Below are positions 1 through 12,126 of a DNA stretch of 64,000 bases, piece by piece (position 1 is the stretch's first letter; each line of letters starts with the position of its first letter). The notes under the pieces were generated by a model. That model was not told the DNA's origin. It saw nothing but the letters and a program-made list of their open reading frames with translations, and searched no databases. Origin of the DNA: Selaginella moellendorffii. Its lineage: Eukaryota > Plantae > Lycopodiophyta. Where the stretch lies: assembly GCF_000143415.4 (NCBI RefSeq), contig NW_003314351.1:39467-103466 (forward strand). The letters run 5' to 3'. The translations under genes and the position numbers were made by a program.

Positions 1-230
1 TCATTCGTGGCGTATTTGCCGTCGTTGCTGCTTTCCGAACTTGTGCTACGATGCATGGAGGTGCGTCAGGTTTAAATTGCAATTTCTTGCTCTGGAACTT
101 CATTTCAGATTCGTGGCTGGCTTCCGGTCTTGAAATGACAGCAAGTGATAATCCTGACTGGTTGCGTCGGGAGCTCTTCAGGGACTGTTTAGCGGCAGTC
201 AGCTAGAGGTATTTATCGCATTTTGCACAC
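1..230 (+). pseudogene. NUP107 pseudogene fragment (last exons; copy truncated by window start)
   Basis: Matches the reverse complement of ~60070-59815 of the intact NUP107 gene (cgtggcgtatttgccgtcgttgctgc..., gggagctcttcagggactgtttagcggcagtcagctagaggta), introns included, with deletions. Confidence 0.85.
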
Positions 231-1200
231 AGGATGTATCTCAGGATGTATTTCAGGTTTGGGGAGCAATTTGGTGTAAGTGTTGTTTCATGATCTACAT
301 AGTTTGGTCCAGGCGCTAATGAGGCTGAATGCGCTTTTTCCACATTCCTGCAGGAAAGTACCGCGGAAATACTCATGGAGCTCCTCGTCCTTATGCCTCT
401 CATCTAGCTGGTGCGGATCTTTACGTGCATATGATGGAGCACGGCAGAATGACAGGTACATAGTATCTTTGTTTGTCTAAATCAATCTGACCTCAGTGAG
501 ATGGCTTTCCGCAGCAATGCCATTCTACGTCCGTGACGGCTATTTGGTAATGCGATGCTTTTCTAGTTTCTTTGAGAAGTCTCGTGAACTCAAAACATCC
601 GTTGATTGAAAGCTGAAGATACAAAGAGAGTGGAACTTACAGACAGGACATTCTGTGCAATAAATGGACTTTACTTCTCGAGCAGGTCTACCAGATTCGG
701 ATACAGTTGCGTGCTCTCTTGACAAACACAGGTATATCGTTGATAATGAAATACTGCTGTTGATTTCCTTCTCGTTCTTGGTCACTAACGTCACTACTTT
801 CTGGACATCTTTCAGAGCTTAAAGAAGTAGTAGACTTACGAAACTGTACTTCTGCCTGAGAACTATCAGGCTTTCTTTTAAGGTTTTCGAGATCTGGTCA
901 GTCTGCTGCCTCAAAGTTTGTGCTTATTTAATCCCAGCACTGTTCTTGCATCTTGTTCTTCTTCTTAGATCATTTCCTGCAATAGAAGAGCTTGCTGCGT
1001 TCCAGAACTTCTGGTGCGATTGCGATCCATTCAGGTAGGCGTGTCATGACAATTCCTTGTACAGATTCGTGACAATCTGTTCAGTCGGGAGCTCGCAGGG
1101 ACTGTTTCAGCGCAACTAGAGGTATTGTCACATCTTCCACAAGCTTCATAGATGTGCACAGAATGAAGGCTGGAGGCCGGAGAAAGCCACTGGATTTGTG
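230..1200 (+). pseudogene. NUP107 pseudogene, 3' half, heavily deleted
   Basis: Collinear blocks match intact gene ~61560-59740 (ccttatgcctctcatctag, atggagcacggcagaatgacaggta, gagaagtctcgtgaactcaaa, gagcaggtctaccagattcgga, ggacatctt..ctgtactt..gagaacta, tcgggagctc..agggactgttt). Confidence 0.8.
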
Positions 1201-1356
1201 AAAGCCTGAGCAAAAAGCTACATTCTTTTCTACGAAGCCACTCCAAGATATCAAAGAAGGACGCTCTTATTCTTTTTTGAGATCTTGTTCGGTTCTAGGA
1301 CATATGAGAGTGGGTGTTCTTAAACGCGAAGATCTTGTGCCATTTTCCAAGACCTA

Positions 1357-1960
1357 ATGGAGCTGCGAGGAGCAAGACGCGGTCTGGAGCTGCGGGGAGC
1401 AAGACGCGGTCGGCTTGGAGCTGTGGGCGTGATTGCATTTGGGCTCGTGGTCTGGATCCTCTGGAGCAAGATATACTTCCCCACACCGCCAGTGCCAGCA
1501 TTCTTGGATCCGTTCCAGCATCAGGCACACAAGGTTCCTACAGATGCGATTCCTGCCGAGGAGATCACCAAATCACGAATCTTTTGGCTAGGATTTTTGT
1601 CAATGGTATCTTCTCTAGTGGCTTCGATGGCACTAGCAGCGTTTTGCCATGGAGTGGATCCAGCGCGCGGTGGTGTTCTGGGCGATGGCGCGGCTCAAAT
1701 TGGTGGCCAAGAGGCGACTAGGATCTTTGTGGATGTGGGAGACGCTGGCGTTGCAAATGTGCTGGAGGGAGACGCCAGTGGCATGCTGGAGGAAGACGCT
1801 GGTGTTGCAAATGGGCTGGAGGGAGCCGCCGGTGCCATGCAGGAGGGAGACGCTGGTACCAACATCGTTGTGGATATGCCGGAGCAAGACGCTGCTGCTG
1901 GTGCACATGAGGGAAACGCTGCTGCAGGTGAGCGAGACACTGGTGCACAGGACGAGTGCG
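1357..1960 (+). CDS. 5' part of a membrane protein (2 TM + acidic repeat linker), paralog of the SWEET-like gene at 22567-23620; runs into assembly gap
   Basis: Open frame MELRGARRG...; PAFLDPFQHQAHKV...EITKSRIFWLGFLSM aligns with PVDLDVFAHEARSS...KITSSRWFLLGLAAS at 23540-23440; two hydrophobic segments. Confidence 0.6.
1359..1412 (+). repeat. 27-bp in-frame tandem duplication (ELRGARRG-L)
   Basis: ggagctgcgaggagcaagacgcggtct / ggagctgcggggagcaagacgcggtcg. Confidence 0.85.
1741..1857 (+). repeat. 54-bp coding tandem repeat (DAGVANVLEGDASGMLEE / DAGVANGLEGAAGAMQEG)
   Basis: Two full units plus the start of a third (gacgctgg...); degenerate related units continue up to the gap. Confidence 0.8.
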
Positions 1961-2821
1961 NNNNNNNNNNNNNNNNNNNNNNNNNNNNNNNNNNNNNNNN
2001 NNNNNNNNNNNNNNNNNNNNNNNNNNNNNNNNNNNNNNNNNNNNNNNNNNNNNNNNNNNNNNNNNNNNNNNNNNNNNNNNNNNNNNNNNNNNNNNNNNNN
2101 NNNNNNNNNNNNNNNNNNNNNNNNNNNNNNNNNNNNNNNNNNNNNNNNNNNNNNNNNNNNNNNNNNNNNNNNNNNNNNNNNNNNNNNNNNNNNNNNNNNN
2201 NNNNNNNNNNNNNNNNNNNNNNNNNNNNNNNNNNNNNNNNNNNNNNNNNNNNNNNNNNNNNNNNNNNNNNNNNNNNNNNNNNNNNNNNNNNNNNNNNNNN
2301 NNNNNNNNNNNNNNNNNNNNNNNNNNNNNNNNNNNNNNNNNNNNNNNNNNNNNNNNNNNNNNNNNNNNNNNNNNNNNNNNNNNNNNNNNNNNNNNNNNNN
2401 NNNNNNNNNNNNNNNNNNNNNNNNNNNNNNNNNNNNNNNNNNNNNNNNNNNNNNNNNNNNNNNNNNNNNNNNNNNNNNNNNNNNNNNNNNNNNNNNNNNN
2501 NNNNNNNNNNNNNNNNNNNNNNNNNNNNNNNNNNNNNNNNNNNNNNNNNNNNNNNNNNNNNNNNNNNNNNNNNNNNNNNNNNNNNNNNNNNNNNNNNNNN
2601 NNNNNNNNNNNNNNNNNNNNNNNNNNNNNNNNNNNNNNNNNNNNNNNNNNNNNNNNNNNNNNNNNNNNNNNNNNNNNNNNNNNNNNNNNNNNNNNNNNNN
2701 NNNNNNNNNNNNNNNNNNNNNNNNNNNNNNNNNNNNNNNNNNNNNNNNNNNNNNNNNNNNNNNNNNNNNNNNNNNNNNNNNNNNNNNNNNNNNNNNNNNN
2801 NNNNNNNNNNNNNNNNNNNNN
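1961..2821. other. Assembly gap (N run)
   Basis: Continuous n characters. Confidence 1.
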
Positions 2822-2869
2822 TCTTCTTCTACTTCTATTACGAGAATAGCAAGTAGAAAGTCTTCTTGT

Positions 2870-3800
2870 ATCTTTTTCTAATGCAAATGACTTGGATTTG
2901 AGAGAATTCGCTACTTCCTTGCTTTTTGCAAGTGACTGGGAACACCGATTCTGAAGTATATCAGATTGTCCACGAACCACGTCAAGCGCTGCTAGGACAA
3001 TCTGCTCTCCGCAAGCTACAGTGTTTTGCATCAAGCGCTCGTGTCACGTCTCCGATGTTTTCTGGCTCGCAGTCCATGTACGCCATGCTCTTAGGCAGGC
3101 CAGATGGCAACACGAACAGAAAAAGCAACAAGCCATGTAGACTAACAGCAAACTAACGTGCCTGGACTCGCAAGTAATTGTCAGAGCAATCGTATCCAGC
3201 ATAATCCGAATCAATCCAGTGTCTGGATTATCAACAAAGACACAAGAAGTTTCTAGCAATAGCTCTCTTACCTGCGGTACCGTCCTTGATAGAGGGCGCC
3301 CATCCTGCTAATCCCCATGTCCTGGGAGCGTTAACCAGCGACAACAGCTGAAAAAGATTGCTCGCGAACAAAGCCTCTACAATAAGTTCTCTAACAAACC
3401 GGTCTTGGAGACCAGTCGCTTCAGGGAAATCCGTGTTATTGCTCCAGGTATGAGTCACTGCAGAAAGCAGCAAGAAAATTTTGTTTTACTATTTCAGTAC
3501 AAGCATGAACAGAGGCTTGCATACCATTGACTTCTTTACCCGTACATACAAAGTCTCTCAAAGAATGCATTAAACTCAAGGTGAGTGTAGCTGTGATAGC
3601 TGGCAGCCTATGAGAAAAAAACAAAGAATCAAGTAATCAAGAATCCGAAGGAAAGCTCCAGCTACTCACCGAGCATGGGATGGGGAGATGTGAGCGTGAG
3701 AACGGTGAGGAAGGACTGCAGAGAGATAAAGACAGTAATATATCCTCCGTACTCTTTCCCTCTGTTCCCCCGTCTATACGTGTTCTGATGCAATTTTAAA
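2870..3800 (-). pseudogene. Unidentified intron-containing gene or pseudogene
   Basis: Exon-like blocks bounded by GT/AG (e.g. VTHTWSNNTDFPEATGLQDRFVRELIVEALF...KDGTA|gtaag); decayed paralog at 10170-10500; no family recognised. Confidence 0.4.
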
Positions 3801-4290
3801 AGCATCTTTATTCAAAGTTCACAAACGAATTTCCCCTTTAACATCGAAATTTGGAAAAGAAATTTAAAGTCTTTGGTTGGAAGCAAATTAAGAGTTTCCA
3901 CCATGGTTTAGTGTTGAAGATCGATTGTGAGAACTTTGGAACGTCTGCATGGAAGAAAAGCAAACGAATGAGGAACAAAAACTGATCGAGTTTTTCAAAA
4001 TACCATTAGCTCGGTCCTCAAGAAAAACAAGGAAGAAACAAAAAAAAATCATGGCTCCATATTTCCTGAAAGCTAAGTTCTTCAGGGCAAACTTGACACC
4101 TTAGGCACTGGATAAGCTTTCGATGTTAAAGGGGAAATTCAGTTTCAGTTAGCTGTTTGTATAAAGATACTTTTAAAACTGCATCAGAACGGGAACAGAG
4201 GGAAAGAGTATATTACTGTCTTTCTCATCTTATCTCCCTGCAGTCCTTCCTCACCGCTCTCACGCTCACATCTCCCCATCTCATGCTCGG
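3668..4290. repeat. Diverged inverted repeat, arms ~3668-3846 and ~4121-4290
   Basis: cgatgttaaaggggaaattc...gggaacagagggaaagagta...tgcagtccttcctcaccg.tctcacgctcacatctccccatc.catgctcgg occurs on both strands; a third partial copy lies at ~5262-5330. Confidence 0.85.
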
Positions 4291-4589
4291 CGTGGAGCTT
4301 TCCTTCGGATCTCTTTTCCCTCTCCCTTGCTCGATAACAGTGGTATCGTAGCCACTTCGTCTGGGACACACGCTCGAGGTCGTGAAGGAGACCAGTCGTT
4401 GGAGGTCGGCTATCAGGTAAAGCGGCCGGGATGTTTCGTTTCGCTTTCACAGTTTTTGGTGCTCTGGACTGGTCGTGGATAATGGGAGGGAGGGAATTTA
4501 TATACCCTTGTTCTTCCTTGGTGTGAGGCGGGCAATGGCGGCACCATAGAGGCGGCCGAAGGCGGCGATTTCAGGGGATTCACCAAGGT

Positions 4590-5260
4590 TTAGACTTGAT
4601 GTTTTATCAGCACAAGAGAAGATGATAAGGTGCATATCCGATCGGCAGGAAGATATGGACGACAGCTTGCGAGTCTTGGGAGCTGCAGTGACCAGGTCGA
4701 TGGGGGACTTGGGAGGGAGTTAGGCGCCGACCTTTCGAGTTCCAAGTACCACCATTCAGCGGGAGCAGTGTTGCCTACAACACTGCTGGGCACTCAACCA
4801 TCGGTATGTCTCCATACCAGGCGCTTTATGGAAGTGCAGTAGCTTCCCCGATCTTGATGACAACTCCCACTTCATCAAACGACGTCAGTGACCAAGTGGA
4901 AGCCATCAGGAAGATGCAGCAGCTGATTGGGCAACGGTTGGAATCTCCTCGTGTCGTCACAGCTCCATCCCAGATTCTTCGGCCCACTCAGGATACTCGA
5001 AAAGATCAACGAGCTCGCCTATAAGTTGGCTTACCACCGGGGTCGCACCTACATAACGTTTTCGACGTGTCGGATCTCAAGCTTTTGCGGACCAGCTCCC
5101 GGAGTTTTTTCCTGCGCCGGAGTTTGTCTCCTCCGACAGGCAGCCTATGCTGCAACCGAAAGCACACTGGGAGATACAAGGTCAGGTGGCACGGAACGGA
5201 TGACGAACAGGAACGGACCAGAGCTCCTCGAAACAGACCTGTTAGGACGTACTATAAGCG
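4590..5260 (+). mobile_element. Ty3/gypsy (chromovirus-like) integrase C-terminus/chromodomain remnant
   Basis: Frameshifted motifs MSPYQALYG, LHPRFFGPLRILEKINELAYKL, HNVFDVSDLK, RYKVRWHG, typical of the gypsy integrase tail and chromodomain. Confidence 0.75.
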
Positions 5261-6011
5261 CATGAGAGTACGGAGGATTATTACCATCTTCATATCTCTT
5301 CTCTCACATCTTACCTTCTCTCCCCACGTCCATCAGTTTAAGGAATTTAAGCACTGTCGGGATGATGGATGTCGAGTTTTGGCCTGGCACCTGGGTTAAA
5401 AATTCACTCGCTCTCGCGATCACCTTGATGATAGACTATGGAGTTACGAGGCATCAGAAGAACTTTATCAACACTCGAGATACACTAAAAAGCCTTGCCA
5501 TATACAACATTGCAGATCAACTTCAAGCAAGTGATGAGGTTGATCACTTGCAAGTTTTCCGTCAGTTTACTTTGGATATTCCCCTACTCTAAATCTCCAG
5601 CGCCATGGACGCTTGCATCGCGACTGGGAATCCCGCGGTATTCAGCAAATCCTCACGTCCCGCTCTAAGCTGAGCTGGCATTCTTGTGATTGAGCAATAT
5701 TTCTTCACAGAGGCTGTGAATTTCTGGATGGCGAATTCAGCTGTGTGGGACGACGATGCCGTGCCAGCTGCTCACGATATCGCCAGGTTTTGGTGTGCGG
5801 GATCCTCGTCTTTGATTTCACTCAGAAGATTTTCCTTGCTTCCAAGCCGGAGCATTGTTTCTACAAGACACTGTCCGGTGAGTGTTTCCACGTTCTCTTG
5901 ACATCGATTTTGCTTCAATCGTTGTGGAACTGTTTAACCCCGGTAAAGGGATTCTTGTGCTTAAATTCCTTTCTTTTTGCATAGGATCTATTAGGGCTTG
6001 AAAGGTTGGGT

Positions 6012-6862
6012 ATGGAAATTACTAGTAAGAGCGTTCCATTGTGGTGGTTCTTCTTACCTATTTCAATTATTATGACTTGGGCCATTACTTTCTATGATTT
6101 CACCGTTTACATCACTTTTTATCCTCCAAAGTGGCACTGCCCAAGTGGTGTTCTCTATTGTAGAAGAGACTGCAATGCACTAAACCTTGGCTACCATTGG
6201 GGTTTTACGTCAGATTACTTGGCTTATGTAACAATTGGGCCAAAGTACTCTGCCATTCGATATTGGCAGCTTGTTTGCTTCACTCACCACATATATACTT
6301 TTTTATCAGTGGGTTATATTATTGGAGGTAAGACAGTCTCATAAGTATTATTTCTAAGATGTTTTTTACAGCTATTATTGGAATCGTTACTCTGATGCAC
6401 TCCAGGTGCTGTATGCTGGTTAGTATTTTTATTGGAGCAGTGAGTGCATTAGCAAGCACATATGTCTCAAATCGCTCCTGGTTTATCGTTTGGCAAGTTT
6501 TGTCTGCAATAGCACATTCTTGTGCAGGAACATCAGCCATAATGAGATGGTTCATAGAAACACCCCGTTTTCTTGGCTGGAAAAGATGGCTTTTTCCAAA
6601 TCATGGATTTGCTGACCGCCAGGGGCAAGATCATTACCACATATGTGAGGTGATTGGTGGATATCCTATACTTTCTTTATGTGAGCCATGTTGCATACCT
6701 ATAATTTATGTCTGTAAACGTCTATATCCAGACTGGAGGTGGGGAAACAGGATGGTGTGCGTCATGGACTCTATTGTTGTTGTGGTGTTAATAGGGGAAA
6801 TGGTAGCACGGGTTCTGATGAAAAAAAGAGGCAGTGGGAGAGTAGCAAATGTTTCCGATTAA
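6012..6862 (+). CDS. Half-MFS OCT/SLC22-like 6-TM membrane protein (~268 aa; exons 6012-6327, 6372-6862)
   Basis: A 44-nt GT-AG intron (6328-6371) joins the two listed ORFs in frame; Cys-rich loop ending IGPKYSAIRYWQLVC resembles the OCT IGPK..VSEWxLxC motif; six hydrophobic segments. Confidence 0.7.
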
Positions 6863-7009
6863 GAAAGAAATATGGCTTCTTTTGTGTAATATTATGTGGT
6901 TGATGCAAAAGTTTGTAAAGGATTTGCAGTACTGTCAGAGTGCGAGGGGGGCATGGGGAAAATCCTTGCCACTTTTTCCAGTGAGCCTGATATTATTGTA
7001 GTTTAAAAC

Positions 7010-7310
7010 ACAAATAAGGTGGCCAAATCCCACTGCGTTGGCGAGCCCTGTCTGAGTCTTCCAGGAATCCATTCTGGGCATAGCACAGCAGTAGATTCGT
7101 CCATGACACGAGATCCTTGGCCGGCATTCTCCCTGGTGCGCGAGCTCCGTGATCATCGAGTTCCGTGTCACTCTGAGACGCGATCGAACATAGCCTGGCA
7201 GTCGCGGATCCGGGAGGCTGCCAAATATACGAGACAAGATCGCGGAACGCCATCCCATCAAACGTGTTCTTGGCGAGCGCAAGATGCCCGGACTGAGTAT
7301 ATCGATCGAA
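7010..7310 (-). pseudogene. PPR (PLS-type) gene fragment
   Basis: RMPAKDLVSWTNLLLCYAQNGFLEDS; paralogous to 15600-15870. Confidence 0.75.
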
Positions 7311-7789
7311 GAGCCGGGATGAACTAAGACCTCGGCGTATTATAATTAGATTTATAATTTATGCGTAGATTTATAAACTTGATTATTTCTAGTGACAATT
7401 CCAGTTAATTGTAATTTTATAGCTGCTTACATGTAGATAAGTGTATAGACAAGAGCTTCTAAAGTAATTCTAATAGCAAGCATCTTGCTCCGAGTTCCAA
7501 TCCCAAGAAAAAAGTTTGATTTAGCTTATAAGCCCAGAAAAGATGTTTTGCCCTGTTTGATTATATAAATTATTTATTGTTGCCCTTCAAACGTAACAGT
7601 AAAATAGCGGAACTTATTAATTATTTGATTTGTGGAAGTGCGTTTGAACGGCAGTGGATCGTAAAGTTGGAGGTGGACATTCCGATCCGGCCGCTAACAG
7701 CTCTTGTTAGCCTAACCAGACGCGCTCTTACTGGCTTAACTAACCAGACGCTCAAAACCATGAGAGTTTTACTTGTAAAGAGGGTTTTT

Positions 7790-9145
7790 GGTGGCATTGC
7801 GGGCGAGACAGGTATGTTTTTCTCGTTCTCTCTTCTTCCTGTGAGAATGCTGGTGAAATGCGTCCCGAGCCAAAGATTCCTAGCTTTCCTGAAGAGCCCA
7901 AGAGTCCCCATTTGCTGCTCCACGAATCGAAGAGGTGTGGTTTTGGTTTTTGGTGCTAAGTTCTCTCTTTTCACCCGTATCTGGTCTCTAGGAACCAGAT
8001 ACGCTGGAGAAGATTCATTTGAGCGCTTTGCTTCTGGTGTTACCCGGTTTACCAATTTTGTTTCTCAAGCTATACAACTCGACTTACGTTTTTCTTTGAC
8101 AGGCTTCTAGCGGAGGCAGTCAGGTGAAACGATTTGTTGAGGACGACTGGAAGTTGAGCGGCTTTTTCTTTACGGAGACGAGGCAGCTGAGAAGCATCGA
8201 GCTGTAAAAGACAGGGCCCCGTCAGAAGGCTCAATTGCAAACTTCCGAGTCTTCACCATGGGTTCTTCATTGGCATTTGTATGGAAAAGGTAGCATCGCT
8301 TATTACGTTTCAACGGGACTGACTTTATTGTTTTTTGAAAGCGCAGTCCGGGTTTACAAGAAACGATCAGACTTGTCTTTGTCTTGTCTCGAGAGTCTGG
8401 CGTCTAAAGGAATTGAATTTAGAAAAGAAGGTAAAACTCTTGCATGGAGTATATTCGTGTTTACAAATGTTATCGCTACAGGAAGGCGGGCCTATACACT
8501 CAGAAGCTAGGCTCGTGCGATAACACGGGCTATAAAAAAAAATATCGGAACTCACTATGTTCGACATTTGGATCTTGATGCTCCAACTCCAGGTTGCATC
8601 CCGAAGATCAGGTACTACGCTCTTACGGGTCCTCTTCTTACGTGTATCGTATTTATCGCAGAAACTGGAACATAATCTTTGAGAGATGTGCGGAATCTCA
8701 TCCGAGCTGGAAGAAACGCAGAGGCGCAGGACCTGTGTCCAACAGGGATTGCTCTTCGTTGCTCAGGTACATGAAACAAATGTTTCTAGACATCTTAAGC
8801 AAGCAGTGTTCTAAAACTTTCTTCGTTTGTCTTGTGATACTAGAGGAGAGAAGCCAACTTCAAAACAAGATAAAGCACTCGCACTGCTCAAATCCAAGCT
8901 CCTGGTGATTCCCGAGCAAAAACCAGTTGCTTATTTTCTTGAATTAATGACACAGCTATCTTTCATTATCAGGCGTGGAGAGCTGGCTGCATGACTGCTC
9001 ATTCAACGAGCGCGCTTTAGACGCTACAGAGCTTGATGGAGGAAGGAGGATATGGAAGTGGGCTTGCTTTTGTGCTTCCGAGGTATGGACTTGAACTTGT
9101 GTTTGTGTTTCCAAACAAGGTGTTCCAGAAAATAGCGTTGAGTGA
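7790..9145 (+). pseudogene. NUP107 pseudogene, 5' half with introns
   Basis: Collinear with intact gene ~63900-62370 (WHLYGKG, ESLASKELNLEKKV, HYVRHLD, WKWACFCASE, KIALSE); frameshifts and deletions. Confidence 0.9.
8739..8912 (+). pseudogene. Captured two-exon fragment of plastid peptide chain release factor 2 (PrfB-like) inside the NUP107 copy
   Basis: PTGIALRCS|intron|EERSQLQNKIK(fs)ALALLKSKLLVI, the RF2 'PTG..VRC.EERSQ..NK..AL..LK.KL' segment; absent from intact NUP107. Confidence 0.75.
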
Positions 9146-9204
9146 GTCCCGTTAAGGTACTTTGTGATAAACTTTTGACTAGCTCATGATTTCTTTTTCT
9201 ACAA

Positions 9205-9438
9205 AACTGATTGTATCCAAGAAAGGGGATGCCCGAGAAAAGCTGCTAGAAGCTGTCAACGAGTTCCCTCCAACAATGTTAATACTGGGAAGCCGAGGCC
9301 TTGGAATGGTGAAAAGGTTCGCTAGTTTACATTCCTCAAACCGTGGATTTGGACAGGACGTTCCTGGGAAGCGTGAGTGACTATGCTGCGCAGCACGCTG
9401 AATGCCCTGTGCTTATTGTCAAGCTTCCACACCCGTAA
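9205..9438 (+). pseudogene. Universal stress protein (USP) C-terminal fragment
   Basis: KGDAREKLLEAVNEFPPTMLILGSRGLGMVKR|intron|TFLGSVSDYAAQHAECPVLIVKLPHP*; no N-terminal half upstream. Confidence 0.85.
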
Positions 9439-9869
9439 GATTTTATGTGTTTCAAATGCCTTTTTTCTCTTTTTCTTTTGAGGGACATCAGTCCGCACTT
9501 TCTTAAGTTAACCCTCAGAAAGCAAATCGATTCGCTTGTACAGGACCAAAATTCTGTGTTTTTGGATCCTCAAAGCGACACTTGCGCAGTTTCTAGAGCT
9601 TTTTCAAATTGTTTGTTTGGCCAATCTCTTTAGTTTATTTATTTGAGGTATATTCCTCTTTGGAAATTGCGGGTTCGATTTTGGCATTCAATTGAGTGCA
9701 GGAAAGTGTGAATATACGAAAAACGAAGACAAACATTGTCTTTGAGAAACTCAAAGTGCTAATTTGATAAACTTACGTGAATTCTCTAGCCCAAAGTTCT
9801 CTTGATTGGATGATATGAAAATCTTAGCGCTTTCAATTGCTCATTGCATTGTGGAAACATTTGCTACTC

Positions 9870-10160
9870 TCTACAACCTGTGCTTAGCACTTCCACAACA
9901 ACAATAGAGTCTTGTGGAGAGAACAAACCATCTTGTTTCCCCACCTCCAGTCTGGATATACACCCAAATCATAGTCGCATAAAGAAAGCATAGGATCCAA
10001 CCAATCAGCTCACATATATCGTTGTGATATCCCCCCATGATTTGGAAAAGGCCAGGGCACGCCAAAACTTGCCAAATGATAAACCATGAGCGATTTGGGA
10101 CATATGTGTTTGCTAATGCACTAACCGCTCCAATAAAATACTAACCAGAATACAGCACCT
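9870..10160 (-). pseudogene. Half-MFS OCT-like pseudogene (exon 2 remnant)
   Basis: Reverse complement matches 6405-6800 (aggtgctgtattctggttagtatt, atgtcccaaatcgctcatggtttatc, atccagactggaggtggggaaac). Confidence 0.85.
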
Positions 10161-10169
10161 AATAATTCC

Positions 10170-10500
10170 CGGAAATGGAGGAGGATGGATGCATCCTCCA
10201 GTCACCAATTGCAGGTAAAAGAATTATTGCTAGAAACTCTTATAACTTTCTTGTGAATCCAGACACTGGATACAATTGCTTTGAGAATTACTTATGAGTA
10301 TTAATACTTTTCTTATTCTTGTTCGTCTTGCTAGCTCTCAGGTTAGGCATGCATACGAGCATGGTGTACATGGAGCTAGAAAAAAATTGAAGACTTGATA
10401 GGAGCATTTCATGCAAAGACCATGGGAAGAAATGCTTGACGCAGTTGGATAGTTGATAGCACAGATTCCACTCTATTTTGCAATTACTCACAGCCAAAAC
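10170..10500 (+). pseudogene. Decayed paralog of the unidentified gene at 2870-3320
   Basis: Shared gcaggtaa..a..tattgctagaaact, aatccagacactggat, gagcatgg.gtacatgga. Confidence 0.7.
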
Positions 10501-12126
10501 TTGGCATTGGGATTGAAGACATTTTGTCTAGCTAGTTTCTATCACTCCTAAACTAGAGATAACATTAGAGCTACTTTCTAAAAAGAAGATAATGAAGAAA
10601 AGTACATTTGCAAATGCAATAGTAATAACTTTTATGACATTGCATAGTCCATCTCCTAAATGTGTTTCAACTAAGAAAAATCCACATTTCCAGTTATATC
10701 AATCTAACACAAAATAATAATAATATATAGTAAATAAGAAACTAGATTATATAAGTTCATAATTCAATTTATGATGAAACAAGATATAAAACAAAAGTAG
10801 AGTTTTACAAATTATTAATAAAATTATAAGACAATAGCAAGTTTAAGCCAAGTTGAAGATGAATCAATTGTGCTTCAAGGATGACAATGAGAAAGTTCCA
10901 ACTTTATTTAAGTATCTGGCCTGGATTGATTGCAAAACATAAGTTAACTTTAGTTATAAGTTTATGAATTGTTGTTATTACTAATTTTTATAAGTACTTT
11001 TATAGTACTTTCTTGCAAAATTAAGGTTGAAATCATCTTTGGAAAAATTTATCATACCATTCAGATTTATGATTCAGATTCAGATTCAGAACTAAACTAT
11101 ATATAAAAGTGTTGTTTATATATATATAATTAAAAACTTGAAGGATAAACCAAGAACTATTTGAATTTTAAAACTTACATATATCAAACTCATATCTAGT
11201 ACTAAATGTATTCAATCAAGTTATTAAAAGAAAAAATGAAAAAAATTAATTAAAATACTTGTAAAGATGAATAATAGTTTTCTCTAAAGATGAATTCAAT
11301 TTTATTCTTGGATTTTTAGGAGAAAATCATTATGAATATATTAAATAGTGTTAAAATTATTGTGGATGTGCTGAAGGGAGATGATGGTGCCACTAAAAGA
11401 TGCAAATAAATGATACACTAATATATGTCAGCGATATCTACCGATGATCGCTGAGTTTTTTTGTGAAAAAAATATCCATCAAAACATAAAAAATTCACTA
11501 AAATTGTTATATGATTACATTCAACAACATTTAATTTACTTAATAATAGTGTTATTCATTTTTATTATTTAATTACTCAATGAGATAACATGGCTCAAAA
11601 AGATAGTGAAGAAGATAGTGCAACCATAAAAAAAAAGATTAATTAATAAAGAGAAATATTTTATGAGGGAAACATTTATTGTTGTTATACCACTCGCAAA
11701 AAATAGTGATATATTATTTATTGTTATTGATAGTGGCAATGTTTAAGGAAGTGATACTCTTCACATATATATTTAAATTTTACGATTTATAAGTGATAAT
11801 TTAATGAATCCTTTATCCCCCACTTTTAATACTCTTAGGGCTTTCCACTCTCAATGCGATTATTATAGTGAAGTGGAGTAGTGATTATAATAATTTTTAC
11901 CACTTAATTATTACTTTTTAAAGTTTCTTTTTTGTTTTTCGGCTCTTCAAAGTGATTGCCAAGTTTTTTGCTAAATGAGGATGAAGAATCATAATACTAT
12001 ATTCTTTGTTAAGACCACTTTTGATGTGAATGGTGAAAAAAAATCTAAAAGTCCTATTACCCAACTTTTGAAGTCTTAATTATAAATAATTTAAATAAAT
12101 AGAAAAAGAATTAATATTTCATAATA

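Noticed and set aside
1741-1857. CRISPR-like array
   Set aside because: Eukaryotic context; head-to-tail coding repeats without unique spacers.
1649-3034. Long ORFs of 297-499 aa crossing 1961-2821
   Set aside because: Lengths are artefacts of the N gap.
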